Positions 31,869 through 41,500 of a stretch of DNA of 64,000 nt are shown in pieces. How positions within the stretch are numbered: the first letter of the stretch is position 1; each line of letters opens with the position of its first letter. Under the pieces are notes generated by a model. The model ran no database searches. It saw only the letters and a list, made by a program, of their open reading frames with translations, and was not told where the DNA came from. The stretch comes from Kiritimatiellia bacterium (GTDB taxonomy: Bacteria; Verrucomicrobiota; Kiritimatiellia; JAAZAB01), in the NCBI GenBank assembly GCA_040767085.1, contig JAXGPF010000008.1, forward strand, positions 64,001 to 128,000, in the 5' to 3' direction. The translations under genes and the position numbers were made by a program.

Positions 31869-31880
31869 CAGATCGAGGAC

Positions 31881-32753
31881 ATGACAAAACGAAAACAGAT
31901 CACCAAGACCGTCCGATTTGAGGTCTTCAAGCGCGACTCATTTGCCTGTCAGTATTGTGGACGGAAGGCTCCTGAAGTCCTGCTTGTGATTGACCACATC
32001 GAGCCAGTGGCAAAGGGTGGTACGAACGACATACTGAACCTCATCACCGCCTGCAAAGACTGCAATGCGGGCAAGTCCGATCGCCAGTTGTCAGACTCCT
32101 CGATTCTCGACAAGCAGCGGCAGCAATTGGAGGACTTGCAGGAGCGGAAAGAGCAGATCGAAATGATGTTCCAGTGGCAGAAGGGCCTACTTGACCTCGA
32201 CGACCAGGTCGTTCAGCAGTTGACGGCGTTCTGGTCAGAGCAGGTTCCCGGATATAGCCTGAACGAGACCGGCATCAAGGGTCTCAAACGGCTTAAGCGG
32301 AAGTTTGAACTTGATGAGATCCTGGCCGCCATGAAGATCGCCGCAGAACAGTACATCGAGTTCAAAGACGGGCAACCGACAAAGGAATCCGTTGAGGAGG
32401 CATGGGGGAAGGTCGGCGGCGTCTGTGCCGTCAGGCGCGAAGAGAAGAAACGTCCCCACATGCAAAAGCTTCGTTACGTGCGGGGTATCCTCCGCAACAG
32501 GCTAAGCTACCTGGACGAAGCACGCGCCCTTCAGTTGCTGGAGGAAGCCTTCGACGCAAGTGCGAGCCTTGAAAATCTGGAGAAGCACGCGAAGTCGCTA
32601 CGAACTTGGACCGAATGGCGCAACGACATTGAGGCGTTTATCACCGAGCACGAAGAGAAACCGGAAGATGACGGAGAGGGCCAACAAACGGTCCGAGGCT
32701 ACTCCGAAACCCGCGCCGCAAACGGCGCGTCTTCCGGATCGCCTCAACCGTAG
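31881..32753 (+). CDS. HNH endonuclease with coiled-coil/helical C-terminus (cassette 1)
   Basis: RFEVFKRDSFACQYCG..IDHIEPVAKGG..NLITACKDCNAGK; the ORF reads through attC1. Confidence 0.9.
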   Translation: MTKRKQITKTVRFEVFKRDSFACQYCGRKAPEVLLVIDHIEPVAKGGTNDILNLITACKDCNAGKSDRQLSDSSILDKQRQQLEDLQERKEQIEMMFQWQKGLLDLDDQVVQQLTAFWSEQVPGYSLNETGIKGLKRLKRKFELDEILAAMKIAAEQYIEFKDGQPTKESVEEAWGKVGGVCAVRREEKKRPHMQKLRYVRGILRNRLSYLDEARALQLLEEAFDASASLENLEKHAKSLRTWTEWRNDIEAFITEHEEKPEDDGEGQQTVRGYSETRAANGASSGSPQP

Positions 32754-32761
32754 CGTTCTGT
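32679..32761 (+). other. attC site 1
   Basis: R'' GGCCAAC ... R' GTTCTGT; L boxes CGGTCCGAGGC / GCCTCAACCG with an extra-helical base; inner stem GCGCCG/CGGCGC. Confidence 0.85.
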
Positions 32762-32788
32762 TGAAAGAAACATAGATGGGAAGCACAA

Positions 32789-34498
32789 ATGGACCGTGAA
32801 CGGATCATCCGCGAACTCGCCAAGTGCCGGCTGAAACCGGATGGACACAGGCGTCAGTACACGATAGCCGGAAAGTTGGGACAGGGAGGGAATGGCGTCA
32901 CGTTCGTCGTTCATGTTGGCCGGCGGGAGCTTGTGGCAAAGATATATGTCCCTCCGGACAGCCGGGATCTCGACAATGCCGCCTTCAAGCGATTCACCCG
33001 CGAGATTGAACTCTCCAGTCGGACTCACCATCCCTTTGTCGTCCCGGTTGCGGGAACTGGCAACATCGCGGTGGGCGCTTATACGTTCCCTTTTTATCTG
33101 ATGCCCAAAGCGAAGGGCACACTTCGCAGTCTCATCCCCTCAGCGTTCACGCTTGACGGTCTCGGCTTCAGGCTCCGTACCTTTACGCAAGTCGTAAGCG
33201 GAGTCTCCTATCTGCACCACATCGGCATCTTTCACCGGGACTTGAAACCAGAGAATATTCTCCTGTCCGATAACGGCCTTCCGATGGTGGCCGACCTCGG
33301 CATTGCCCACGTTGCGCCCTCTTTCGTCGAATGGAGCAAGCTTACCCTCCCAAAAGACCATTTGATGAACTGGGATTACTACGCACCCGAACAGAGAGAT
33401 GGTGACGCTACCAAGGTCGATCATCGCGCCGATATCTATGCCTTGGGCCTAATCATGTATGAACTTATGACTGGCGTTTCCCCGTCACGCCCAAACCTCC
33501 CGGAATTGTACAGCTTTGACGTTCGACTCGCGCGGTTGGATAGCATCTTTGGAAAGATGACGGCCCATTATCCTGAGAAACGCTATCAGACTCTTGATGT
33601 ACTCCAGGACGAGTTGACATGGACACTGATTGCCTTGGGAATTCCAACGGAGGCGCCTTCTTCTGATGAGGCAGACAAACGGAGCCTGGTCAGGCTACTG
33701 CGCAGCACCAATGCCGCTAATCGTGCCCGCGCACAGGAGATTGTTCGGCGCCTAGCAGACAAGGCATTGCCCGAGCTTCACGAGATGACCGGCGACACGC
33801 GCGTGGACGTTGCCCTATCCGCGTACAAACTTCTTGGAAATCTTGTCCACAAGGAATCATTGCCGTATTTGTTGGCAGGATTGTACCCGCGACGCTCGGC
33901 GCAGAAGCCCAGATTTGTTACTGGCGAGGCAGCTGCAGAGGCCCTGCGCAACTACCCCGTTGAGGACAGACTGGCGACACTTAGGGCGATTAAGGACTTG
34001 GTTCTCGCCAGACACATCGGCCTCATCATAGAAGGTATTCCGGCACAAGATTCCTACCCACTCGCATCCCGACTGTACGAGTCTAAGCTGTTCTACGACG
34101 ACTGGAGTGAGGAATCAGGCCTCGCCTTCTTACTCCGTCTTGACCAGAATGAGGCTTGGCCGCTTGTCGAGCGCAAACTGGCAAGCGGCTCAACCGTTTA
34201 CTCCTTTACCGTCTTTCGAGACTTCTTCCCCAATGTGAATTCCGACCGACAGAAGCTCCTTATTGACTACATGCTCAATCGCGATAGCGATCTCAGCTCA
34301 TGGGAGCTTCCCAGGCTTCTGGATGCCATTGCGGCATCTTTCGTCCCCTCGCAATTTGCCTCGGAAGCACTATCACGACTCAAAGATGTTGCACAGCGGC
34401 GAATCCGAAAGTGGGATGAGCGGGAAGCATTTGTTCGCAAAGTGGAGGAGCTAGAGGTGAAAACGATCGCTCCTGCAAAGAGCCCAAAGAAATCATGA
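32789..34498 (+). CDS. Ser/Thr protein kinase with a helical (HEAT-like) C-terminal region (cassette 2)
   Basis: LGQGGNG, VAK, HRDLKPENIL, ADLGIA, YYAPEQ, DIYALG. Confidence 0.9.
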   Translation: MDRERIIRELAKCRLKPDGHRRQYTIAGKLGQGGNGVTFVVHVGRRELVAKIYVPPDSRDLDNAAFKRFTREIELSSRTHHPFVVPVAGTGNIAVGAYTFPFYLMPKAKGTLRSLIPSAFTLDGLGFRLRTFTQVVSGVSYLHHIGIFHRDLKPENILLSDNGLPMVADLGIAHVAPSFVEWSKLTLPKDHLMNWDYYAPEQRDGDATKVDHRADIYALGLIMYELMTGVSPSRPNLPELYSFDVRLARLDSIFGKMTAHYPEKRYQTLDVLQDELTWTLIALGIPTEAPSSDEADKRSLVRLLRSTNAANRARAQEIVRRLADKALPELHEMTGDTRVDVALSAYKLLGNLVHKESLPYLLAGLYPRRSAQKPRFVTGEAAAEALRNYPVEDRLATLRAIKDLVLARHIGLIIEGIPAQDSYPLASRLYESKLFYDDWSEESGLAFLLRLDQNEAWPLVERKLASGSTVYSFTVFRDFFPNVNSDRQKLLIDYMLNRDSDLSSWELPRLLDAIAASFVPSQFASEALSRLKDVAQRRIRKWDEREAFVRKVEELEVKTIAPAKSPKKS

Positions 34499-34569
34499 GC
34501 AGAACAATCGGCTTCACTCTTACGGTTGCCCCGGGGCGGATCAACCGAAGGTGAGCCGTAACGTTCGGC
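34499..34569 (+). other. attC site 2
   Basis: R'' GCAGAAC right after the stop ... R' GTTCGGC; CGGCTTCAC / GTGAGCCG with an extra T; inner stem CGGTTG/CAACCG. Confidence 0.88.
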
Positions 34570-34578
34570 AGTAGAGAG

Positions 34579-35226
34579 ATGAAGGCAATAATCCATAGGG
34601 AACTATTGCTCCGTCCGCGTACTGGATACGCAATGGATGCCGTCCAAGCCATTGCCGACTTTTGTGCGCAGTCAGAAGACTACACCTATCTGCGAAAAGA
34701 AACGGACGAGTACTGCAGGCACATCAATGCAGATGCCTGCATGATTGCGGATCGATCCTCCAAAGTCTTCCCCGCGCTAGCCTTTGCGTCGTCTGACGGT
34801 GCTGTGCTCCAGGTTGTGAACATTGTTCCCGGCAGCGTTTCCGAAATCGGAATAGCGGACTACAACATGATACTTGACCGCTTCACCAAGGCATTCGCAA
34901 TATTTTGCGGGGCAAAACGGGTTAAGATGACTATAACACAGACATCGGACTCACTGACCCTCGAGTCGGCTATTCCGGGGAGAAAGACCCGCGACTTCTT
35001 CCAGCGTTTCCTCAATCTGCATCCGACGAGTTACCACCCATCTGACATCGAGCGGCTTGATGTCTTCATCTGCGCTGCTTCAAGATACCACTCTGGCGGC
35101 TTCAACACACATCGGCTCCGCAGGTATTTGATGGAGGTTTTGGAATGGAAAGAAAAGGACGCATCCTGGTGTTGTGACCGAATTGATGCCGGACTGGACA
35201 TTCTGAAAGTAAACAGGAAATTCTAG
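34579..35226 (+). CDS. Hypothetical protein (cassette 3)
   Basis: 215-aa ORF between R' GTTCGGC and the matching R'' GCCGAAC at 35226. Confidence 0.75.
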   Translation: MKAIIHRELLLRPRTGYAMDAVQAIADFCAQSEDYTYLRKETDEYCRHINADACMIADRSSKVFPALAFASSDGAVLQVVNIVPGSVSEIGIADYNMILDRFTKAFAIFCGAKRVKMTITQTSDSLTLESAIPGRKTRDFFQRFLNLHPTSYHPSDIERLDVFICAASRYHSGGFNTHRLRRYLMEVLEWKEKDASWCCDRIDAGLDILKVNRKF

Positions 35227-35302
35227 CCGAACAAACGTAAGCGTCCGGTGGAGCGCCCCCTATGCAAACACTCCGGACGTGGCAAACTGCTTTGGGTTAA
35301 AT
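35226..35302 (+). other. Degenerate or disrupted attC site 3
   Basis: R'' GCCGAAC overlaps the stop; inner stem CGTCCGG/CCGGACG; L boxes pair poorly; possible R' GTTAAAT at 35296. Confidence 0.45.
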
Positions 35303-35308
35303 TATGTA

Positions 35309-35697
35309 GGCGTGGGGTCGGACCGCGGCAAGTTGTGGGGGCGTGGGGGTCGGACCGCGGCAAGTTGTTGTTTGATAGGTGGATAGCCCGATATTATGGT
35401 GAAAAAACGCCTTAAAGGTGTTTTTTGGCGGGCTTTTTGTGTTATAAGCACCTGTAGGCCGGGAAGGATTTGTAAATGAAATGGCCAAAACAATTATGAA
35501 CCGGAGGAAATTGGCGATAGAGCAAGAGCCGATTGCTGGTGAATCGGAAGCGTATATTCTAAGGGAGCAGCCCATTGGCTATGGTAATGCTTAATGTTTA
35601 TTTTGGTAATGAAAAAACGGCGCTAAGGGCCTTTAAAGTATCTGAAATATCTTTAAAGCATTGGTTTTTAGCATATTGCCGAGGTCCGACCCTGTGG
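35309..35697 (+). mobile_element. RAYT-element derivatives: 31-bp left-end stub (35309) plus an internally deleted copy (35340-35697)
   Basis: The left end GGCGTGGGGTCGGACCGCGGCAAG occurs twice. At ~35454 it joins sequence near-identical to 37617-37860 (gene 3' end and right end ...TTGCCGAGGTCCGACCCTGTGG). Confidence 0.88.
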
Positions 35698-35738
35698 TGC
35701 GCACGGGAACCGTGTCCAGCGAAACCAGGAGAAACGCG

Positions 35739-36038
35739 ATGAATATCGAAATCATGCGAGCTTTCTTTGGGTGGTGTACCGTCATCAACGGTGCGTTTCT
35801 GCTTCTAGCATTCTTGTTGTGCGCGAAGGCGAGCGACTGGGTGTACAGGATGCACAGCAGGTGGTTCCCCATCAAAAGGGAGGCATTAACATTGACGATG
35901 TATTGCTTCATCGGAGGGATGAAGATTATCTTTATTATGCTAAACCTTGTGCCATATTTGGCGCCATATTTGGCGCTTGTCATTCTGGCGGGGGCGTGGG
36001 GTCGGACCGCGGCAAGATGTTGTTTGATAGGTGGATAG
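35739..36038 (+). CDS. Small membrane protein, DUF6868-like; C-terminus fused to an element left end
   Basis: FFGWCTVIN...HSRWF...GGMKI...NLVPYLA; AGGAG RBS; 12-bp duplication at 35951-74; element begins at 35993. Confidence 0.7.
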   Translation: MNIEIMRAFFGWCTVINGAFLLLAFLLCAKASDWVYRMHSRWFPIKREALTLTMYCFIGGMKIIFIMLNLVPYLAPYLALVILAGAWGRTAARCCLIGG

Positions 36039-36156
36039 CCCGATATTATGGTAAAAAAACGCCCTTAAAGGTGTTTTTTGGCAGGCTTTTTGTGTTATAA
36101 GCACTTATATTCGTATCATGCCGAGAAAAAATCGCTATTTCATGTGTGGTCATTTA
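35993..36156 (+). mobile_element. Truncated RAYT element (left end plus first 13 codons)
   Basis: Near-identical to 36892-37055. Confidence 0.88.
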
Positions 36157-36213
36157 GCTTGGGGAAACTCTTAACCAGATATTCCAGCGCATGGCCGGTC
36201 CGCGCTGCGTGCG

Positions 36214-36290
36214 GCCCAACCATGCACTGGACCGTCAATGGTCCGCACACACGCAGTGTGCGGCGGCCCGCCGCCAGCGCCCCGTTCGGC
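36214..36290 (+). other. attC site 4
   Basis: R'' GCCCAAC ... R' GTTCGGC; GCACTGG/CCAGCGC; inner stem CCGCACAC/GTGTGCGG. Confidence 0.7.
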
Positions 36291-36315
36291 CAGAAGGCCA
36301 GAAGGGAGAGGGGAG

Positions 36316-36702
36316 ATGAGAAGGATAGTCGTGGCAATGCTGGTGTTTGCGGTGGGCACGATGATCGCAGTGTCACACCCCGGTGGGCTTGATGCAAACG
36401 GCGGCCACTACAACCGAAAGACGGGCGAATATCACTATCACCGACAACCTGCGGCAAACCCGCAGCCGCCTGCGCGATTAACTCCGTCTGCATCGCAGTC
36501 CGTCTCGACAAACAAGACGCAGACGATAGAGAAGTCGTTTTGGCTCAACACGTCCTCAGGCGTCAGGCACAACAAAGGATGCCGTTGGTTCGGGAAGACG
36601 CAAGGCGGTCGCTACTGCGGGCCAAATGAGGGGCGAGCGTGCGGGCAATGTGGTCGGCGTGGGGGTCGGACCGCGGCAAGTTGTTGTTTGATAGTAGGAT
36701 AG
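36316..36702 (+). CDS. Exported YHYH-domain protein with a C-terminal Cys/His module (cassette)
   Basis: Signal peptide; HPGGLDANGGH..GEYHYH; RHNKGCRW..C..CGQCG; the end reads into the element starting at 36656. Confidence 0.8.
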   Translation: MRRIVVAMLVFAVGTMIAVSHPGGLDANGGHYNRKTGEYHYHRQPAANPQPPARLTPSASQSVSTNKTQTIEKSFWLNTSSGVRHNKGCRWFGKTQGGRYCGPNEGRACGQCGRRGGRTAASCCLIVG

Positions 36703-36891
36703 CCAGATATTATGGTAAAAATACGCCCTTAAAGGTGTTTTTTGGCCGGCTTTTTGTGTTATAAGCACTTATATTCGTATCATGCCAAGAAAAAACCGGT
36801 ATTTCATGTGTGGTCATTTATGGCACTTGACCCATAGGTGTCACAACCGTGATTTTTTGCTGAAATTCGGTAAGGACCGTGATGCTTACCG
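36656..36891 (+). mobile_element. Truncated RAYT element (left end plus ~36 codons)
   Basis: Near-identical to 36892-37126; abuts the full copy. Confidence 0.88.
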
Positions 36892-37860
36892 GGCGTGGGG
36901 CCGGACCGCGGCAAGATGTTATATGACAGGTAGATAGCCCGATATTATAATTAAAAAACACTCTTAAAGATGTTTTTTGGCGGGTTTTTTGTGTTATAAA
37001 TACTTATATTCGTATCATGCCAAGAAAAAACCGATATTTCGTGTGTGGTCATTTATGGCACTTGACCCATAGGTGTCACAACCGTGATTTTTTGCTGAAA
37101 TTCGGTAAGGACCGTGATGCTTACCGCAACTTGCTCCGAGCGCGGCTACAAGGTTCTGGGGTTGATTTATACGGTTATTGCCTTACTGGCAACCATGTTC
37201 ATCTCTTGGTGCATAGCGATGCCGGCCTGGATATACCTGCTCTAATAAAGTCAGTGGCCGGTGAATTTGCCCAAGCGTATAATCGGCGCAAAAGGCGCAC
37301 GGGCGCTTTTTGGGGAGACCGGTACCATGCTACGCTGGTTGATAGCGGAAAATATTTGTGGCGTTGTCTGCAATATATTGATCTGAACATGGTGCGTGCC
37401 GGGCGTGTGACGCATCCTGCGGATTGGCCATGGTGCGGATATCATGAATTGGTGGGGGAACGCAAGCGTTACTGTTTAATAAACAGGGATGGATTACGAG
37501 CGGCGTTAAATTTTTCTTCAATTGAGAGTTTTAGCGATGAATATCGGGCAGGCATTGTTGCGCGGTTGGCGGAGCAAAACCTGCTGCGGGAGCCCTGTTG
37601 GACAGAGGTCTTGGCCGTAGGCCGGGAAGGATTTGTAAATGAAATGGCCAAAACAATTATGAACCGGCGGAAATTGGCGATAGAGCAAGAGCCGATTGCT
37701 GGCGAATCGGAAGCGTATATTCTAAGGGAGCAGTCCATTGGCTATGGGAATGCTTAATGCTTGTTTTGGTAATGAAAAAACGGCGCTAAGGGCCTTTAAA
37801 GCATCTGAAATATCTTTAAAGCATTGATTTTTAGCATATTGCCGAGGTCCGACCCTGTGG
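36892..37860 (+). mobile_element. Full-length inverted-repeat-bounded RAYT-like (HUH Y1) element
   Basis: Left GGG(T/C)CGGACCGCGGCAA versus right TTGCCGAGGTCCGACCC (about 16/17 inverted, using the family consensus), enclosing one Y1 gene. Confidence 0.85.
37017..37757 (+). CDS. REP-associated tyrosine transposase-like HUH endonuclease (Y1_Tnp)
   Basis: MPRKNR..HLTHRCHNR, YCLTGNHVHLL (HUH), YNRRKRRTGAFWGDRY, YIDLNMVRAG. Confidence 0.9.
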   Translation: MPRKNRYFVCGHLWHLTHRCHNRDFLLKFGKDRDAYRNLLRARLQGSGVDLYGYCLTGNHVHLLVHSDAGLDIPALIKSVAGEFAQAYNRRKRRTGAFWGDRYHATLVDSGKYLWRCLQYIDLNMVRAGRVTHPADWPWCGYHELVGERKRYCLINRDGLRAALNFSSIESFSDEYRAGIVARLAEQNLLREPCWTEVLAVGREGFVNEMAKTIMNRRKLAIEQEPIAGESEAYILREQSIGYGNA

Positions 37861-38010
37861 CCGTGTCGTCCGACGGCATGACGATCCACTGTCTCAACGG
37901 TTTGCCGTGTCGCTGTGCGAGTGGGCGGAGACACAGGCAGGAGAGAAAAACGCGATTGATCCCCGTCCGTTGCTCGTGTAATCTATGCTTAGCAAAAGGG
38001 AGATAATGTT

Positions 38011-38199
38011 ATGCCAACCGTCATGAAGAAAGAATCAGCACACAAAATCATCGACCGCATGCCTCAGCAGGCGACATGGGATGACCTTATACACGAAATT
38101 TACGTTCACGAGGCGATCGAACGAGGGCTAGCCGATAGCAAGGCCGGAAGGACCAAAGAAGTTAAAGAAGTCCGTGCCAAATACGGCTTGCCGATATGA
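38011..38199 (+). CDS. Putative antitoxin
   Basis: 62 aa (TWDDLIHEIYV..IERGLAD..GR); ATGA-coupled to a RelE/ParE toxin. Confidence 0.75.
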   Translation: MPTVMKKESAHKIIDRMPQQATWDDLIHEIYVHEAIERGLADSKAGRTKEVKEVRAKYGLPI

Positions 38200-38538
38200 G
38201 AGTTCATTGGACAGACACGGCTCAATCCCATCGGCGCCATCCACGCATATATTGCCCAAGACTCCGCCGAGTACGCCATCTACACGATAGATCGCCTGAC
38301 GCGACGCTCTCAGCAAATTGCCGACTTTCCTCTTTCGGGTCGTCGTGTGCCGGAATATGAAATGGACCAAATTCGAGAGGTAATCGAAGCTCATTACCGG
38401 ATCATCTATTACATTAAATCAGACCAGATTGACGTTTTGGCTATCATTCATGAGGCAAGAAATATCCTGGCCGATTGCCAAGAAAACAACATAGCCGAAC
38501 CAGATTTTCCAGCGGATGGCGACCAGCGCCACCGCTGA
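38196..38538 (+). pseudogene. RelE/ParE-family toxin, frameshifted near 38232
   Basis: MRVHWTDTAQSH, then GAIHAYIAQDS..FPLSGRRVPE..IREVIEAHYRIIY..VLAIIHEAR in another frame. Confidence 0.8.
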
Positions 38539-38552
38539 AAATTATGTTCGGC
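38494..38552 (+). other. attC site 5 (end of array)
   Basis: R'' GCCGAAC ... R' GTTCGGC; ATTTTCCAGCGG / CCGCTGAAAAT with an extra C; inner stem TGGCG/CGCCA; 59 bp. Confidence 0.9.
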
Positions 38553-38559
38553 GATTATT

Positions 38560-41500
38560 TTAGTCTCCAACCTTGCCCGTTCCCCGCCCATAGATCAGGT
38601 TGTAAACCACCGGGATCACCAGCAAGGTGAAGATGGTGGAGACGAATAAGCCGAAGATGATGGACCAGGCCAGGCCGCTGAAAATCGGATCGAGGGTGAT
38701 CGGCCAGGCGCCCAGCAGCGTGGTGCCGGCGGTCAGGAAAATCGGGCGGAACCGCGTGGCGCCGGATTCCAGGATGGCCTCGCGCAACGAACGCCCCGCC
38801 GCCGTGTTGACGCGGATGAAGTCAATCAGGATGATGGCGTTGCGCTGGACGATGCCGCCCAGGGCGATCATGCCGATCATGGCGGTGGCGGTGAAAAACA
38901 CGGGAGTGTCGAAACCGCCCACCGGGCGGTTCACCAGCAGGTTCAACAGCCAGAAACCCGGCATGATGCCGATCAGCGTCAGCGGGATGGACATCATGAT
39001 GACCAGCGGCAGCAGGTAGGAGCTGGTTTCGTAAACCAGCAGGACGTAAATGGCCAGGAGCGCCACGGCGAAGGCGATGCCCAGGTCGCGGAAGACATCC
39101 ACCGTGATCTTCCATTCCCCTTCACCGGCCCAGTCCGCCCTGAGACCCGCCGGCAGCGGATTGGCTTTCAGCCATTGCTGCATGGCCAGCACTGCCTCCG
39201 CCGGGCCGCGGCCCGCCATCTCGGCCGTGACGTACACCACCCGCTCCTGGTTTTTATGCATGATGGACTTGTCCTCCACCTGCTCCTCGAACCGGCCCAG
39301 TTCGCCCAGTTGGACAAATTGGCCCTGGCGGCCCTTGATGGGCAGGGTGGCCAGCAGGGCGGTGTCGGAACGCTTGTCGCGGGGCAGCCGCAGCACGAGC
39401 GGCAGTTCGTTCTGTTCGGACGGGGTATGAACCGTGCCGACCATCTGGCCGTCCAGCGCCAGCCGCAGCACCTGGGCGGCGTCCGCCGCGGCGATGCCGC
39501 TGCGTCCGGCGAGATCGCGGTCAACATGGAAAAACCATTTCTGCTGGTTGGTTTCGACCGAGTCGTCCACTTCGACGACTCCCGGCTCCTGTCGCAACCG
39601 CGCGGCCACCTGGCGGGCGCCGGCGATCAATTCGTCGTATTGCTGGTGCGGCTGGCCGTAGATTTCCGCCACCACGGTCGCGAGCACCGGCGGGCCGGGC
39701 GGAGCCTCCACGAGCTTGACCTGCGCGCCATGCCGTTCAGCGATGGCGGCGATGTCATTGCGGATGCGCAGGATGATATCGTGGCTGGATTGCGCCCGGC
39801 GCTGGCGCGGCAGCAAGTTGACGCGGATATCCCCGAGGTTGGGCGCTTGGCGCAGGTAATAGTGCCGGACCAGTCCGTTGAAGTCCATCGGCGAAGGCGC
39901 GCCCAGGGTCGTGGTGAAGTCCACCACTTCCGGTACGCCGCGCAGGTAATCCTCTGCGTCGCGCGCCAGGGCGTCGGTCATTTCCAGCGGGGCGGATTCG
40001 GGCAGGTCCAGCACGAGCTGGAATTCGTTTTTATTGTCGAAGGGCAGCATTTTCAGGGGCACGCGGCCGGTGGCGGCCAGCAGCAGCGCGCCGGCGAACA
40101 GCGCGGCCATCACCGCCAGCAGCAGCCAGGCGGCCCGGCGCGAATCCACGAACGGGGCGGCCAGCCGGCTATAAACCGCGTAGGTGCGGGTGGTCCGCAC
40201 ATCGTAAGGCTTGGCATTGTCCGCCGGGGCGCGCAGCAGCTTGTTGGCCAGCCATGGCGCCAGGGCGAACGCCACCAGCATGGAACTGATCATCGTCAGC
40301 GGCACGTTGAGGGCCATCGGGCGCATGTAGGGGCCCATCATGCCGCTGATGAAAAACATCGGGATGAACGAGACGATGATCGCCAGCGTGGCCAGCACGA
40401 TGGGCGGCATCACTTCTTCCATGGCCAGTTGCACGGCCTCCTCGCGGCGGTGGCGTTTCATGGCGAAAAAGCGGTAAATGTTTTCCACGCTGACGATGGG
40501 GTTGTCCACCAGCAAGCCCAACGCCAGGATCAGCGCGAACAGCGTCACGCGGTTGATCGTGTAGCCGAACAGGAAGTTGCACAGGAGCGTCAGGGCGTAG
40601 GTGATCGGGATCGCCAGCCCGACGATCACGCCGACCCGCCAACTCATGGTCAGGGCGATCAGGGCGACGACGGTGAGCATCCCCAGGCCGAGGTTGAGCA
40701 CCAGGTCGTTGACTTTTTCGTTCGCGGTGGCGCCGTAGTCCCGCGTAATGCGGACGGCGACATTGTCCGGGATGGTCCGGCCCTGCAGCGCCCGCAGGGC
40801 GCGTTCCAGTTCCCGCGCCACTTGCACGGCATTGCTGCCCTTCTTCTTGGCCACGGCGATGCTCACCGCGGCCCGGGGCGCGGCGCCGTCCGGCGCCGCG
40901 AACGCCGGGTCGGCCGGCCCATGGTGGAAGCGGGTCAGGGTGCGCGGTTCCGCCGGGCCGTCGGCGATCCGCGCGACGTCCCGCAGGTAAACCGGGCGGC
41001 CGGCATGCAGCCCCACCATCAGGTTGGCGACTTCGCCGGCATCCCGCAGAAACGGCCCGGCCGCGACCGTCGCCACGGCGTTGCCCTGCTCGAACGAGCC
41101 GGCCTGGAGCTGCAGGTTGCCCGCCTGCAGCGCGCCGGCGATTTCGCGGGGGCAGAGGCCGTGCGCCGCGAGTTGTTCCGGATCGAGGTAGACGGTCAAC
41201 TGGCGTTTTTCGCCGCCGTGAATGGTGATGGCGGCGCTGTCGGGCACGTGCTGGAGTTTGCCGACGACTTCCTCGGCGATTCGGTAGAGCGCGTGGGTGT
41301 CGCAACTCCGGCTGTGCAGGGTGGCGGTCAGAATCGGCACGTCGTCAACTTCCACCGGCTTGACCACCCAGCCGGCGATGCCGGGGGTGGCTTTATCCAC
41401 ATTCTGGAAAATCTTGTTGTACAGCTTGATCAGGCTGGCTTCGCGGTCCTCGCCCACGTAAAACCGCACGGTCACCACCGCCATTCCCGGGCGCGAGGTG

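Noticed and set aside
31846-31870. dif-like site (CGCATAA...TTATGTT)
   Set aside because: The spacer between the XerC- and XerD-like arms is 2 bp rather than 6, and the right arm ends GGCC rather than AAAT. An attI-type site explains it better.
35309-36900. Repeated left ends read as a CRISPR-like repeat-spacer array
   Set aside because: The repeats are variable-length fragments of the RAYT element, including coding sequence, and are irregularly spaced.
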